64,000 bases of DNA, taken from the NCBI GenBank assembly GCA_951406725.2, contig OX597843.1, forward strand, positions 14,260,001 through 14,324,000, in the 5' to 3' direction. Below are positions 1-12,885 of the stretch, in pieces (within the stretch, counting starts at the first letter, position 1; the number at the start of each line of letters is the position of its first letter). This stretch comes from Octopus vulgaris. Its lineage: Eukaryota. The position numbers and the translations under genes were made by a program. The notes under the pieces are model-generated. The model was given only the letters and a program-made list of their open reading frames with translations. It was not told the origin of the DNA and did no database searches.

Positions 1-479
1 CAAGTACATCAACACCAACATCAAAATGAAAATCGAATGGAAATTGTAGTTCAGATACCCGTGCCAGTGCCGCCTGACTGGCATCCGTGTCGGTGACACA
101 TAAAAGCACCAACCGATCATGGCCGTTTGCCAGCCTCTTCTGGCCCCTGTGCTGGTGGCACGTAAAAAGCTACCACTACAGATGAAACAATGATGATGAT
201 ATACATACATATATGAAAATGTATATACACGTGCATATATGGGCACAGGACACCACCGAACGTAAACAACATGAAATATGAAATACAAAAACATGGAATA
301 CAAACAAAAAACAAATGGAAAACCAGACAAGCAACATAAAATAAAACGACACTTCATCAGTTGTCGGCTGTTTTTCTACTTCGTACTTCGAGCAATTCAC
401 AAGATATGTTTTTGACAAAACAGTTGCTCCCGCAAAGCAAATCAAATTTGGGATTTTTGCGGAGGGTCAAAGTTGGTAA

Positions 480-1220
480 CAAAAACAGATATATCCTCAT
501 CGCCGGGCAAGATGCTGTGCTTGAGGAGACCCATTAAGTCAAGTAAAATCTAAAATCAAAACCAAAATCACAATCAGAATCGAAATCAAAAATGGCAATT
601 GTAGTTGTGGCCGATGCCAGTGCCACCTGACTGGCTCCCATGCTGGTGGCATGCAATAAGCACCAGTCATGTGTGGGTCGTTGCCAGTGTCACCTCACTG
701 GCTCCTCATGCTGATGGTATGTAGAAAGCACCATCTGAATGTGGCTAATGCCAATTCCGCCCGACTGGCCCCCATGCCGGTGGCACGTAAAAAGCACCCA
801 CTATACTCTCAGGGTGGTTGGTGTTAGGAAGGGCATCCAGCTGTAGAAACCTTGCCAGATCAGATTGGAGCCTGGTGCAGCCATCTGGCTTGCCAGCCCT
901 CAGTCAAACTGTCCAACTCATGCCAGCATGGAAAGCAGACATTAAATGATGATGATGCTGATGATGATCATCATCATTTAGCATCTCCCTTCCATGCTGA
1001 CATGGGTGGGGTAGTTTGACAGAAGCTGGCCAGGCGGGAGCCTGCACCAGACTTCTGTTTGTTTTGGCAGGATTTTTATGGCTGGATGCCCTTCCTTACA
1101 CCAACCGCTCTGAGAGTGGACTGAATGCTTTTTACATGGCACAAGCACTGACAAGGCCAGTTTTTGTAAGTTTTGAACGATGCCCTCCCAAATGCCAACC
1201 ATTTTACAGTGTGGACTGGG
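480..1220. mobile_element. Two RTE-like 3' ends arranged tail-to-tail around a (GAT)n/(CAT)n junction at ~965
   Basis: Family 3' UTR on + up to ~965, then on - from ~965. Confidence 0.7.
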
Positions 1221-1329
1221 TGCTTTTTAAGTGGCATCGTCAATGATAGGGTCACCTTGCAAGACAAAAACATCTTTTGAGAGGGCGTTGGAGGAATTGA
1301 TCTTTTGTCAGTTGATGAAAGATTATAGT

Positions 1330-1590
1330 GAGACTGAGAGAGATGATGTTGACTGGATGTTTGATTTTTATTACTCAGACTGACACCCAAACACTTCGAA
1401 ATGTTTGTATTGGAGCCTCCCATGTGAATGCCAAGCAGTACAGCATGCTGTTTTCAAATTTCTCACAGAGTGCTTTACGTCACGGTGCCCAACAGACCCT
1501 ACTACACTGTGTAGTCGACAAAATAAAAAACAATGCACGTGCGCGATATTAAAAATATAAAATGGCGACAATTTACCCATCGCACCCTGT
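1330..1590 (-). mobile_element. End fragment of the same Tc1/mariner-like element
   Basis: Similar to 60700-61017, ending AATTTACCCATCGCACCCTG-TA. Confidence 0.65.
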
Positions 1591-1811
1591 ACCTATGTAC
1601 ATACATACAACTCGGTCGTTAATTGAACTCAGAACGCAAAGGGACGCAACTTAACAACGCAAAGCATTTGTACTGATTGCCCTCTCCCAGTTTCCGTTTC
1701 TATGGTTACGAGGTTAAACATTCTCATAGAATTTCAGTCGCATTAAAATTACTCCAGAAAGACGAAATGCAAGGTTGACGTCGGTTTTATGGGCATATAT
1801 AAAATTTGTTG

Positions 1812-2217
1812 GGATCTTTTCGGTTTGACCGGCAGTTTTTTAAAATAATTTCTAGTTAACTAAACACTTTTAAACTTCGTATACTGGTAGAATGTGTTTA
1901 TAAAACATCTTTTCTCTTGGCTTTATTGAGAAAATTCTATAGTTTGTAAGATATTTGTTGTTTATTTTCTTCAATTTCTGCAATTTCAACCAATCAATGA
2001 CGTCTATTGAGGTAAAAAAACATTCTGTGCCGTATGAATATGTCCCTCGTTTAAGAAACAGATTGGGTTTATTTACATTTCTGAAGAAAAAAAGTTACTC
2101 CTAACCCTAACCCTAAAACAGATTGAAATCCAATAGATCGATACTAGGGTCATAATTATGTGTGACAATTTCATATGACACCGCTAGAAAAACTGCCGGT
2201 CAAACCCGAAAAGATCC
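1812..2217. mobile_element. MITE, ~410 bp, TIR GGATCTTTTCGGTTTGACCGGCAGTTTTT
   Basis: About 29-bp terminal inverted repeats, flanking direct repeat AAAATTTGTTG; further copies at 24901, 52555, 53498 (partial) and 60098. Confidence 0.88.
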
Positions 2218-2310
2218 AAAATTTGTTGTCCCATACCAGTTTCCTCATACGATCTTTTGGTTACGCACATTTTTTAAATATGCAATTTGGCGGAAATGAT
2301 TATGTAATGA

Positions 2311-2690
2311 GTGGCTGTGTGGTAAGAAGCTAGATTACCAACCACATGGTTCCAGGTTCAGTCCCACTGCGTGGCATCTAGGGCAAGTGTCTTCTGCTAT
2401 AGCCTCAGGCCGACCAAAGCCTTGTGAGTGGATTTGGTAGACGGAAACTGAAAGAAGCCTGTCGTATATGTATGTATATATGTATGTGTGTGTGTGTTTG
2501 TCCCCCTAGCATTGCTTGACAACCGATGCTGGTGTGTTTATGTCCCCGTTACTTTGCGGTTCGGCAAAAGAGACCGATAGAATAAGTACTGGGCTTACAA
2601 AGAATAAGTCCCGGAGTCGATTTGCTCGACTAAAGGCGGTGCTCCAGCATGGCCGCAGTCAAATGACTAAAACAAGTAAAAGAGTAAAGA
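2311..2690 (+). mobile_element. tRNA-derived SINE, family A (TGGCTGTGTGGTAAG...GGTTCAGTCCC head, internal microsatellite)
   Basis: Pol III A/B boxes; many copies, e.g. ~5800(-), 6840(-), 7647, 18650(-), 23846, 33935, 49905, 59588(-), 61265(-), 63110(-). Confidence 0.85.
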
Positions 2691-3224
2691 ATAAATATAA
2701 AAGCCTTCCCGCTATTTCGAAAAACTTTTATTGGAAGTTGCGTCTTAAAATAATAGGATAGAGTCGTGGCCAAGAGTTTGGAACATTTTCTTAAAAATCG
2801 AAATCGTTATTCCGAAGTACAATTCGACTCAAATATAACTTTGGGCATTATGTTCCAAACTTCTGGCCAATTAATAAATATATTGCAAGTTATATATAAC
2901 ATGGGGCGTTTAGAATAAAGAACTCTAATCTTCGCACCCATGTTGCTAACTGGTAACGACTGTAAAGGAATAAACCCGGAGGGCAACGCATTAGGGGGAT
3001 TCGAACTCAGAATGCTCGACAATTGGGCCAACGTTCTTAACGATTTGGCCAAATTACTCGCCTCGTTCAGTAATAAACTTGGAAGGAGGGATTTAATGAC
3101 CGCAGGGCAGGAGGAAGATAAAACATGACCCCTAGCCCTACACATGATTTTAATTAGAAATCTTGGCAAAATTGTTTTCTTTTTTTTCTGTGTTTTTTGT
3201 ATATTTCATGGTCTGTATTTTTTT

Positions 3225-3360
3225 TGTTAACCACACTACCGGAAAAATCCGTAGATGGCCGATAATGACCGGTTGACAAGCGGAAATGGCCGGAACGGTT
3301 TAACGCTTAAGAGCCTGACGCCAGCTTCACCGCAAAGGAGGATCACGGGAGCGAACGGCT
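3225..3360 (+). promoter_or_regulatory. Probable promoter of the ZnF-BEN gene
   Basis: CpG-rich, repeat-free patch in AT-rich DNA with ETS-like cores (ACCGGAAA, GCGGAAAT, CCGGAAC) and YY1-like AGATGGCC/AAATGGCC, upstream of a perfect splice donor at 3952/3953. The TSS itself is not determinable. Confidence 0.45.
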
Positions 3361-3952
3361 GCTATTGTTTATTATTAGTTTAATAATATTTCAACAACAA
3401 ACTCAATGCTTTGCGATGACGGCGAGGGATCGATTCCCGTTTTCTCCTCCACTCTGATTTTCCTTCTGTCTGTCTGTCTCCTGCCTTTACCTCACGTGCC
3501 CTTGCTCCCTCCCTCTCTTATTGTTGCCATCGCTTCCCCCTTTCTCTCTCCCTTCTTGTTCTTGCTTTATCTCTCTTTTCCTTTCTCTTCTCTCTCTTTT
3601 CTTGTCTCCTCCTCCTCCACCTCTTTTTCATTGCTGTTGCTCTCTCTCTCTCCCTCATCTCTATTGTTTAACTGTTGCTTCTCTCTTTCTTTCCCTCCTT
3701 CCTCTCTCACTATTGCCATGTAGCTGTTGCTCTCTCCCTCTCTCTCTCTCTTACCGTTTAGTCGTTGCTCTTTCCCTCTCTCTCGCTCACTATTTTCCTC
3801 TCCCCCTCATCTCCTCCTCCACTGCTGGGAAGAGTACAACTCGTTTGTTAGCCAAGCACTCTCCCAATCGAAGGTATTTGTCATTCTCCTGTCACCCTCC
3901 CTCGCCCCCTCTGCCTTCCTCTCTCACTCAGCTGTGGAGTGCGAACTGACAG
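3330..3952 (+). other. Probable non-coding first exon (5' UTR) of the ZnF-BEN gene; start approximate
   Basis: Consensus donor GACAG|GTAAGT at 3952/3953. The next exon (acceptor at 14443) has an in-frame stop before its ATG, so the upstream exon must be untranslated. Confidence 0.5.
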
Positions 3953-4059
3953 GTAAGTAAACAACTTGTTTACATTATATACACATAAATAAATAAATAT
4001 ATATATATATAGCTGGTTGTTTTGGGGGTGAATGTTGTATGCAAGGCACATGTTTACAT

Positions 4060-4830
4060 AAATATGTGTGTGTATAAATATATATATATGCATTAATATA
4101 TACATACATACATTTTATTGTGTGTATATGTTACATGAATGCACAGATGTATGTTTATCAAAACGGTTCATACATTCATACGACTATACACATACATTAT
4201 ATACATATGTATACCTCTCAAACCCATATCTATCCATCCATCCATCTGTCTGTCTGTCTGTCTATCTATATATCTACATATATTTATATCTATCTATATA
4301 TATATGTATGTATATACATATCAACATCTATCTATCCATCCATCCATCTATCTATCTATATATGTTTATCTATCTATCTATCTATCTATCTAACTATATA
4401 TATATATATTTATGTCTATATATATATGTATGTATATATATATATATATTTACATCTATCTATCTATCTATCTATCTATCTATTAACTATATATATATTT
4501 ATATCTATATATGTATGTATATATATATATTTACATCTATCTATCTACTAACTATATATATATTTATATCTATATATGTATGTATGTATATATACATCTA
4601 CATCTATGTATCTATCTACCTCTCTATCCATCCATCCATCTATCTATCTATCTATCCATCTATCTACCTATCCATCTATCCATCCTACATATATACATTG
4701 ACAGTACGCTATACGCATGATATATATACATAACGTGGTATATGTCGATATACACATGTGTGCACCACATTTATGGATTCAGGCTGGTGCGAAAGTGCAT
4801 ATATACACATATATATATATATATGCAAAC
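4060..4830. repeat. Compound (TA)/(TATC)/(CATC) microsatellite
   Basis: Direct inspection. Confidence 0.95.
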
Positions 4831-5257
4831 ACACACAGAGAGACGGTGTAATGCAGGGTGGAATCTCATTATAGTTAGAGGAAACTGGTTTCGTTGGAGT
4901 CCCTACTCGGAGTTTCTCCTTCATCATTCTGTCCCGCGAGCACCTTGGAACAGAACAGTAAATATATACACCAAAGACACACAAACATATGTTAGATGCC
5001 AGCCAGCATCACTTACATCGGGACATAGACGACAATTCAAGGCTGTGTATAATAAATGTGTGTATATACATATGTACACTATATATATAGGTTATCATAT
5101 ATATATATATATTTTTGTTTTTCATGCCATACTATATATACATAATACACGCGCGCACACCCTCTTACATACATCAATAAAATATATCTGAGGTTTTATC
5201 TTCCCGCTTATATATACACTCTTTCAAGTGTATGTATAACAAAACTTACTCACAGAC

Positions 5258-5319
<62 letters not shown>

Positions 5320-5410
5320 ATATATACCTATTTGCATTAAGTAATTAGACAAATTTTATGTTCATTTCATATACACACACACATGTATATTCATATCCGT
5401 AAACATACAT

Positions 5411-5475
<65 letters not shown>

Positions 5476-6366
5476 CACATGTATACGTTAATGCACATAT
5501 AGACAGCGGCGCGTGTGCATTATTTATATTAATATATTTATATGTAGACAATGTTTATTTTATATACCTGCATATATATATTCCTGTAAGTTAATGTAAA
5601 GACGCGCATTGTATACGTTGATTTATATATGCACAGGTGCGCGCGTGCATTTTTAATGTATGTATATACATATATATACACATACACACACACACGCACA
5701 TCTAGCATATATTATAGGGAAATGACTGCTCCGTGTATAAGTCTGTGTGGCTAAACTAGAGATTGGTCCCGTCTTTGCTTCCTCACAACAAATCGATCCC
5801 AGTATTTTCAACCTGGTACTTATTCCATAGGTCTCCTTTACCGAACCGCTAAGTTATGGGAACCTAAACACACCAACAGTCGTGGTGGACACACACACAC
5901 ACACGCGCACACACATACAATTTCCTTCTCTCTTCATACACCTCTCAGATCTACTCCTAAGGCTTTGGTCGAACCAAAGCCTTAGTAGCAGGCATTTGGC
6001 CAAGATGTCCTGCAGCGGGACTGAACCCACGACCACACGGTTGGGAAGCAAGCTTGTTACCACCCAGCCACGCCTGCACCTCTCTCTCTCTCTCTCATTC
6101 TGTCTTTCTGGTGACAGTCCATATGCGAGGTGTCTCAAGCTAGTATCCACCAGAATTATTAATCTGTCTCCTCTGCTCTCCTCTTTGGTATGGTCAAGGT
6201 GGTGTTGCTGCGGTCATCGCTGACCAATCTCCTTTCATCTTACATCAAACCATATCTCCGTCTCTTCATCTTCCTCGGTCGGTCGTGAAAGGAATCTGTC
6301 ACTATTTTCATCTTTATCGTTTGACAACTGTGAGTAGAAAGGCTTTGTACGTCTCTTGCTTTTTCG

Positions 6367-6416
<50 letters not shown>

Positions 6417-6681
6417 ATGTGTGTATATATTAGAAGGTTTGGAGATGATGTACAGGTATTTTATATTAGAAGAAATGAGGTACTCAGAAATTCGTATGGT
6501 TTTATATTTATTTGTATATCACATGTTTTTATACATCATGTATCATATAATAGCGCTTTCGTCTATTCTGGTGGAGTTTTCAAATTGAACTAGTATATCA
6601 TATATGATGTATAAAAACATGTGATATACAAATAAATATCTGTAAATATAAAACCATCCGAATTTCTGAGTACCTCATTTC

Positions 6682-6724
<43 letters not shown>

Positions 6725-7796
6725 GCTGTGTACATACATTGGACTGGGGTCAGGATGGGGCATCGTCTTTGACAGGATTTAGTTCAACAAATCGACACAA
6801 GCCTTTCTTTTTTAAGGTCTCATACTTATTCTGTCTCTTTTGCTGAGACCTCTAAGTTAGGTGGACGTTAACAGACCAACACCGGTAGTCGAGTAGTAGT
6901 AGACACACGCACACGCGATAGGCTTCTTTCAGTTTCCATCTACCAAATCCATTCACACGGCTTTGGTCGGTCCAGGTCTGTAGCAGAAGATACTTGCTTA
7001 AGGTGTCACAAAGTGGGACTGAACCCAAGACCATGTTTCAGTCTTCAAACCGCGGCCATGCTGGGGCCCCGCTTTGAAGGAATTCTTTTCTTTTTTTTTC
7101 TTTTGTTGAACTAATCGACCCCAGTATTTATCATTTTTTAAAAAGTCTGAAACTTATTCTATCAGTTTCTTTTGCTGAACCGCTAAGTTACAGGAATGTA
7201 GACAAATCATGTGTATGTATATATGCACGTGTCTATATATATGTATATATATACATACATACACACACACACATGCGTGAATATGCCTTGTGTGATGTGT
7301 CTATATAATCATTGTTTAACGTCTGTCTTCGATGCTAGCATGGGTGTGATTTTTTTACAAGAGCCAGGTGGGCAGACGCCTGCACCAGACTTCTGTGACT
7401 GTTTTGGCAGGATTTTTACAGCTGGATGCCCTTCACAACACCAACCACCCTGCAGAGTGGACTTAGTGGTTTCTATGTGGCACCAGCACAGGCGAGGTCA
7501 GTTTTGGCAAGGTTTTTACAGCTGGATGCCCTTCCAAACACCAACCACTTCACAGTGTGTACTGGGTGATTTTTAAGTACCTTGCCTCACAATATATATG
7601 CATGCATGCATATGTGTGTATATGCCTTATGTGTATATAGGCAAAGGCATGGCTGTGTGGTAAGAGGCTTGCTTTCCCACCACGTGGTTCTGGGTTCAGT
7701 CCCACTACGTGGCACCTTGGGCAAGTGTCTTCAGCCATAGCCTCAGGCTGACCAAAGCCTTGTGAGTGGATTTAGTAGACTGAAACTGAAAGAAGC

Positions 7797-7827
<31 letters not shown>

Positions 7828-7828
<1 letters not shown>

Positions 7829-7985
7829 GGGAGAGTTTACGAAAAAACAAACAAAAGACGAAGACAGGTGGTGTACAAAACAAACAGATGTATTAGTATA
7901 ACGCTGAGGAATAGAAAAAGTCTTTTACGTTTCGAGCCTCTGCTCTTCTACATAAAGGGACACAGAAAAAACAAGGAGAGAAAAA
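7828..7985 (-). mobile_element. (TA)n-embedded element with decayed hammerhead core; relatives at ~50960-51118(+) and ~61060-61262(-)
   Basis: Shared AGAGC-loop-GCTCGAAA(C/T)GT motif; this copy interrupts the microsatellite of a family-A SINE. Confidence 0.6.
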
Positions 7986-9413
7986 TATATATATATACAT
8001 ACACATATATGTATGTGTGTGTGTATATACATATATATTTATGTGTGTATTTGTGTCTGTGTTTGTCCCCCCCAGCATCGCTTGACAACCAATGTTGGTG
8101 TGCTTATGTACCTGAAACTTAGCGGTTCAGCAAAAGAGACTGATAGAATAAGAGGCTTAGAGAGAATAAGTCCTGGGGTCGATTTGTTTGATTAAAGGCA
8201 GTGCTCCAGCATAGCCGCGGTCAAATGACTGAAATGTGCAAAAGAATATATATGCCTTATATGATGTATATGTTATATATACATGTGTTTGTATGCTATA
8301 TAAGTGTGTGAGACTGTGTATACATGTAGAGACCACTGCACTGGTATGGTCATGTGTTACGTATGGGTGACGACAACTGTGTGAGGAAGTGCCACTCCCT
8401 AACTGTAGAAGCACCCACTGCACTCTCGGAGTGGTTGGCGTTAGGAAGGGCATCCAGCTGTAGAAACCTTGCCAGATCAGACTGGAGCCTGGTGCAGCAG
8501 CTCTGGCTTACCAGTTCCAGTCAAACTGTCTGACCCATGCCAGCATGAAAAGCAGATACTAAGTGGTGATGATGATGATGGACTTGTTCTGCACTGTGAT
8601 TGTTTGGAACAAAACACCCATGATAATATGATAAACAAAGATACATACATGCATGCATGCATACATACATTATGGCTGCCCCCTCGTTATCGAGTATGGC
8701 CATTGCACGCAGCTTAACTGTTACCGGTGCTGTGATTGAATGTGACTTTTTAGCCCAGCTAAAGATCTACAATGTCTTGTACAGAATTGGCAACTAAAAC
8801 CTTTACCGGTAAAAAGCCGGCTGTAGTTGTAACTGGGCTTCATGTACCTTTGCATGTCGTTTAAGTCCTCCTGCCGAATTACACACATACATACATACCC
8901 GACAGATATGATTAGTATGGTGTGTTACACCACCACCAGTGGCCAGGTTGTCACTCATCTGTCTCGTTTTATGACTACGAAGATGACTCATGAGTCCAGC
9001 TTTACTGAGGCTTTACATCCATACATATTCTGGGCATGGCTTTAAGCAGCATCCGGTGATGAGGCTCCAGTTTTGGTATTATGTGGAGTGTGAAGTAACC
9101 CCTCAATTACCATTACTCCCAAGTCTGTTCTGACCCAGATTGGTAGCACCTGTCAAAATCCTTCTGCAGGTTAAACAGATTCTCCAGGGGTTAAGGAGGC
9201 TCTTGTTATTTTTGACAAAGCTGTGAGGAAGGCAGTTCTTGCAGGAGAAAAATACTCTGACATTAAACTTTCAGTGAAAAAAGCCCCAGTCGTCTTGGAA
9301 CAGATTGTCTCTGGACCCTACTAGGGTGACTGAGAGAATGGCAAAAGGGTTGCAGAAGCTTTTGTTACTTAAATCCCAAACTGTACAAATGCCTGACTAT
9401 CATTTAATGTCTA

Positions 9414-9985
9414 TCATCTGACAAGATGAGGCAATTGTGGGCCCTGAATGTGGAGGACATATGAAGGCTGGAGAGGAGGAACAGAGGTGGGATGCTCCAC
9501 TGGATGTTTGGTGTCAGTGCACACATGAGACAGAGCACTGGTGTACTGAGAGAGAAGTTGGGCAAAAGGGGAACCATATGCATTGTGCAAAAGAGGAGGC
9601 TGCACTGGTTTGGTCATGGGATGCAGATGGATGAGGAGAGTTGCATAAAGAAATGGTTATCCTTTAAAGTGGAGAGATGTTGTGGAAGAGGGAAACTCAG
9701 GAAGACATGGAATGAAGTATTGAACACCGATCTCAAAACGCTGAACCTTATGAAGATGACAGAGGCCTGAGATATGTGGCATATTGCTGTACTCAAGAAA
9801 GACCTGCCCAACACAGAACTGGGATCCTTAAACCAAGGTGCCAATGCAAAAAGCACAGCTGTCGGTGCCACGTAAAAACACACAGTACACTCTATGAAGT
9901 GATTGGAATTAGGAAGGGCATCAAGCTGTGGAAACCAAGCCAGCCAACCCATACAAGCTGGAAAACAGACATTAAATGATGATGA
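9414..9985 (+). mobile_element. RTE-like LINE 3' fragment (RT C-terminus, 3' UTR, (GAT)n tail)
   Basis: RRLHWFGHGMQMDEE...GRGKLRKTWNEVL followed by the abundant 3' UTR (AGGAAGGGCATC...CCAACCCAT...TAAATGATGATGA); links that repeat to a LINE. Confidence 0.8.
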
Positions 9986-10121
9986 TATGTGTGTGTGTGT
10001 GTGTGCTTGAGAGGACCCATCAAGCCAAGTGCACCCATACTGGTGGCATGTAAAGAACACCTTTCAAACGTTGAGCTTCATGGTGGCAAGGTGGCCAAGT
10101 TCCTTTTGCCAACAGGCACAG

Positions 10122-10311
10122 GTGTGGCTGTGTGGTAAGTAGCTTGCTTACCAACCACATGGTTCCGGGTTCAGTTCCACTGCGTGGCATCTTGGGCAAG
10201 TGTCTTCTGCTATAGCCCCGGGCCGACCAATGCTTTAAAGGATCACCATTTCTTTATGCAACTCTCCTCATCCATCTGCATCCCATGACCAAACCAGTGC
10301 AGCCTGTCGTA

Positions 10312-10342
<31 letters not shown>

Positions 10343-10560
10343 GTATTTGTGTGTATGTTTGTGTGTCTGTGTTTGTGCCCCTAGCATTGTTTGACAACCG
10401 AAGCTGGTGTGTTTACATCCTCGTCACTTAGCGGTTCGGCAAAAAGAGACCAATAGAATAAGTACTGGGCTTACAAAGAATAAGTCCCGGGGTCGATTTT
10501 CTCGACTAAAGGTGGTGCTCCAGCATGGCTGCAGTCAAATGACTGAAACAAGTAAAAGAA
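10122..10560 (+). mobile_element. SINE family A copy carrying a templated inverted patch
   Basis: Matches 2311-2690 except at 10234-10300. Confidence 0.8.
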
Positions 10561-11849
10561 AAGTGAGATATAGCCTCCCTGATTGTTTTCAACCACCACC
10601 ATTGTCACCACAACTGCCATACACACACCATTCAGACTTCTGACACCACCACCATCAATACCTTCGACTTTGCTGCCTTCCTCTCTACCACCATCACCAC
10701 TGTCTTTCACATCACTTACTATCACCGTCATCCCTGACTGCCTCACCTACCACCATCATCACCGTCGCCTTCACAACTATAGCTCATGCTATTACTATCA
10801 CCCCGTTACCATCATAACCATACATCTACTACTGCCTTCACTGTCTGTATACCTATACTATTACTCACACCCCATCATGAGGAATAGTAGAAGTGTCATT
10901 GAATAGTGAGAGAGAGGGTCAAAGTGTGACACACTGACACACAGAAACTGGTTTTTGCATTTATTATTATAGATGTCAAAATGCAGTGAGTAGCTTCTTC
11001 CCCAATTCAAACTTGCATCAAGCATATTTGGGCTGATAAAAACATTGCAATGTCACTTGTCACTGCTTAGCCCCTACCCCCCTCCCAACCACCGTTCCCT
11101 CCGTAATTGAAGAAACTAATTTTCTATCAAGTTTTACCTAGTATTACACATTTATAATTACGATCACATCTGACCCACAAAATAGCAGCCTACACTCCCT
11201 ACTCAGTTTTTCCAGTTCTACTGAATAAGGAATCCTTATACTGAGTTACTGTTATTTGTGCTGCATACAACAATGAAGGAACATATTGTCCGGACTCCTT
11301 ACCTATGACTCTTGAGTTTTTTTGGTTTACACTTCCTGATTTATATAATAGCGAATTATACTATCTAATCAAATAATATTAACAGCATTCTAAAAAGTTA
11401 ATCAATAGATAACTGCTATCTACTGTCCTACTAAGACCTCTGATTTGGTGTACCCCCTTATTTCTGTATTAAGTGAGATTTATTAGTTATCCTTTTTTAC
11501 TCCAAAATGGCTTTAAAACATCCCCCTGCGTTCAATGCACTCAATGTAGGCTCAGAACTCGCTCTTAACTATGTATGTTTACAAAATGTGTGCTGCCATC
11601 TATTGGTGAACAATCGCCTAAGGTATGTTTATATTGTAAGTGGATGGGGAAGGAATTACAACCGTGTTTTGTGGTCTGCTACCACAACAGCTCCTTTATA
11701 GGATCCAGTTAGCTCAAGACAACATCAGGAGGAAGCACGTCCGGTTTCGGCCCCTACTCCTCTACCGTTTTTACGTGGTGGGGCCCCCCCTTTCAGAGGT
11801 GTCTTCAGCTCTGGTGTTGGGTGCATGTCCTCTTTCTTCTGTTCCTTGG

Positions 11850-12178
11850 CATCTTCCAGAGATGCTCTTCTGCTTTTGAAGCACCCGTGCCCGAAGCATT
11901 GTGCACAACCCACTGCGATGTCGCCATAAGCTTGACAAAGCATGCCTTAATGTCTCCGTAGCAGATTTCCCAAGTTTAGCACAAAATTTCACCTTGGCCC
12001 TTTGTTCCTGTCTATGACAAAATCACAGACTGCAGCAGCAGACATGCAATCAGAGAAGCACAACATTTTGAACAATGTCACTTGGCACACAGTCTCATGA
12101 AGGTCACTGCTAGCTCTCACCGTGCATGCAGCTGTGTACTGCCATCTGTTGGTGGGCTACAGAACTAATCCAGGAGCT
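11850..12178 (-). mobile_element. Mariner transposase 5' relic
   Basis: Frameshifted KFCAKLGKSATETL / MLCQAYGD...FKS.R.SLED, the mariner N-terminal HTH signature. Confidence 0.7.
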
Positions 12179-12500
12179 CATGTTTGGATGGTGCTTTTTA
12201 CGTGCCACCGGCATGGAGGCCAGTCGAGCACCGTATCGACTGGCCTCCGTGCTGTTGGCACGTAACAAACACCATCCGAGCGTGGCCGTTCGCCAGCCTC
12301 GTCTGGCACCTGTGCCGGTGGCACATAAAAAGCACCCACTACACTCACGGAGTGGTTGGCGTTAGGACGGGTATCCAGCTGTAGAAACACTGCCAGATCT
12401 GACTGGGCCTGGTGCAGCCTTCTGGCTTCCCAGACCCCAGTTGAACTGTCCAACCCATGCTAGCATGAAAAGTGGATGTTAAACGATGATGATGATGATA
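12179..12500 (+). mobile_element. RTE-like 3' end with an inverted 5' segment
   Basis: Family 3' UTR and (GAT)n tail; 12186-12277 is a hairpin. Confidence 0.75.
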
Positions 12501-12885
12501 TATGTATACCACATGATCAGCCAGACTATTGGATATTGTTATACATCGCTGGTCACAATGCGCTTTGCAATGTTTTTAGCTTTCGAATGATGCCACCCCT
12601 CTGTTTTGGATCATAAAAGAAATGACTAAAATTTGTGAGTTAAGGTCCCCATTAGGGTGTCTTAGAATCCTCATGAGAATTGGAAACTTTGAGAATAGTT
12701 CTTGATGTGTGTCAATTACCCATTGTTGAAATTTCTTCAATATCAAAAATTTATGATTTTTCATGGGGGTTCTGCCCCCTTTAGGCCATCTGAAATTCAA
12801 ACCAAACATATTGCATTATACCTGCCCTTATGCATTGAATCTAAGTTCCAAATATCATAAGGATCCATGAAATTGTATGAAACTG

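Noticed and set aside
340-400. CTGATGA/CTGAAGA motifs in the elements at ~350, 13680 and 26990 as hammerheads
   Set aside because: Could not build stems I-III with correct GAAA spacing; left unclassified.
3406-3960. Hydrophobic ORFs near the promoter
   Set aside because: CT-rich low-complexity sequence; the next exon has an in-frame stop before the real ATG.
4068-4733. Long Y/I-rich ORFs, also at 35393-35992
   Set aside because: Translations of TA-rich microsatellites.
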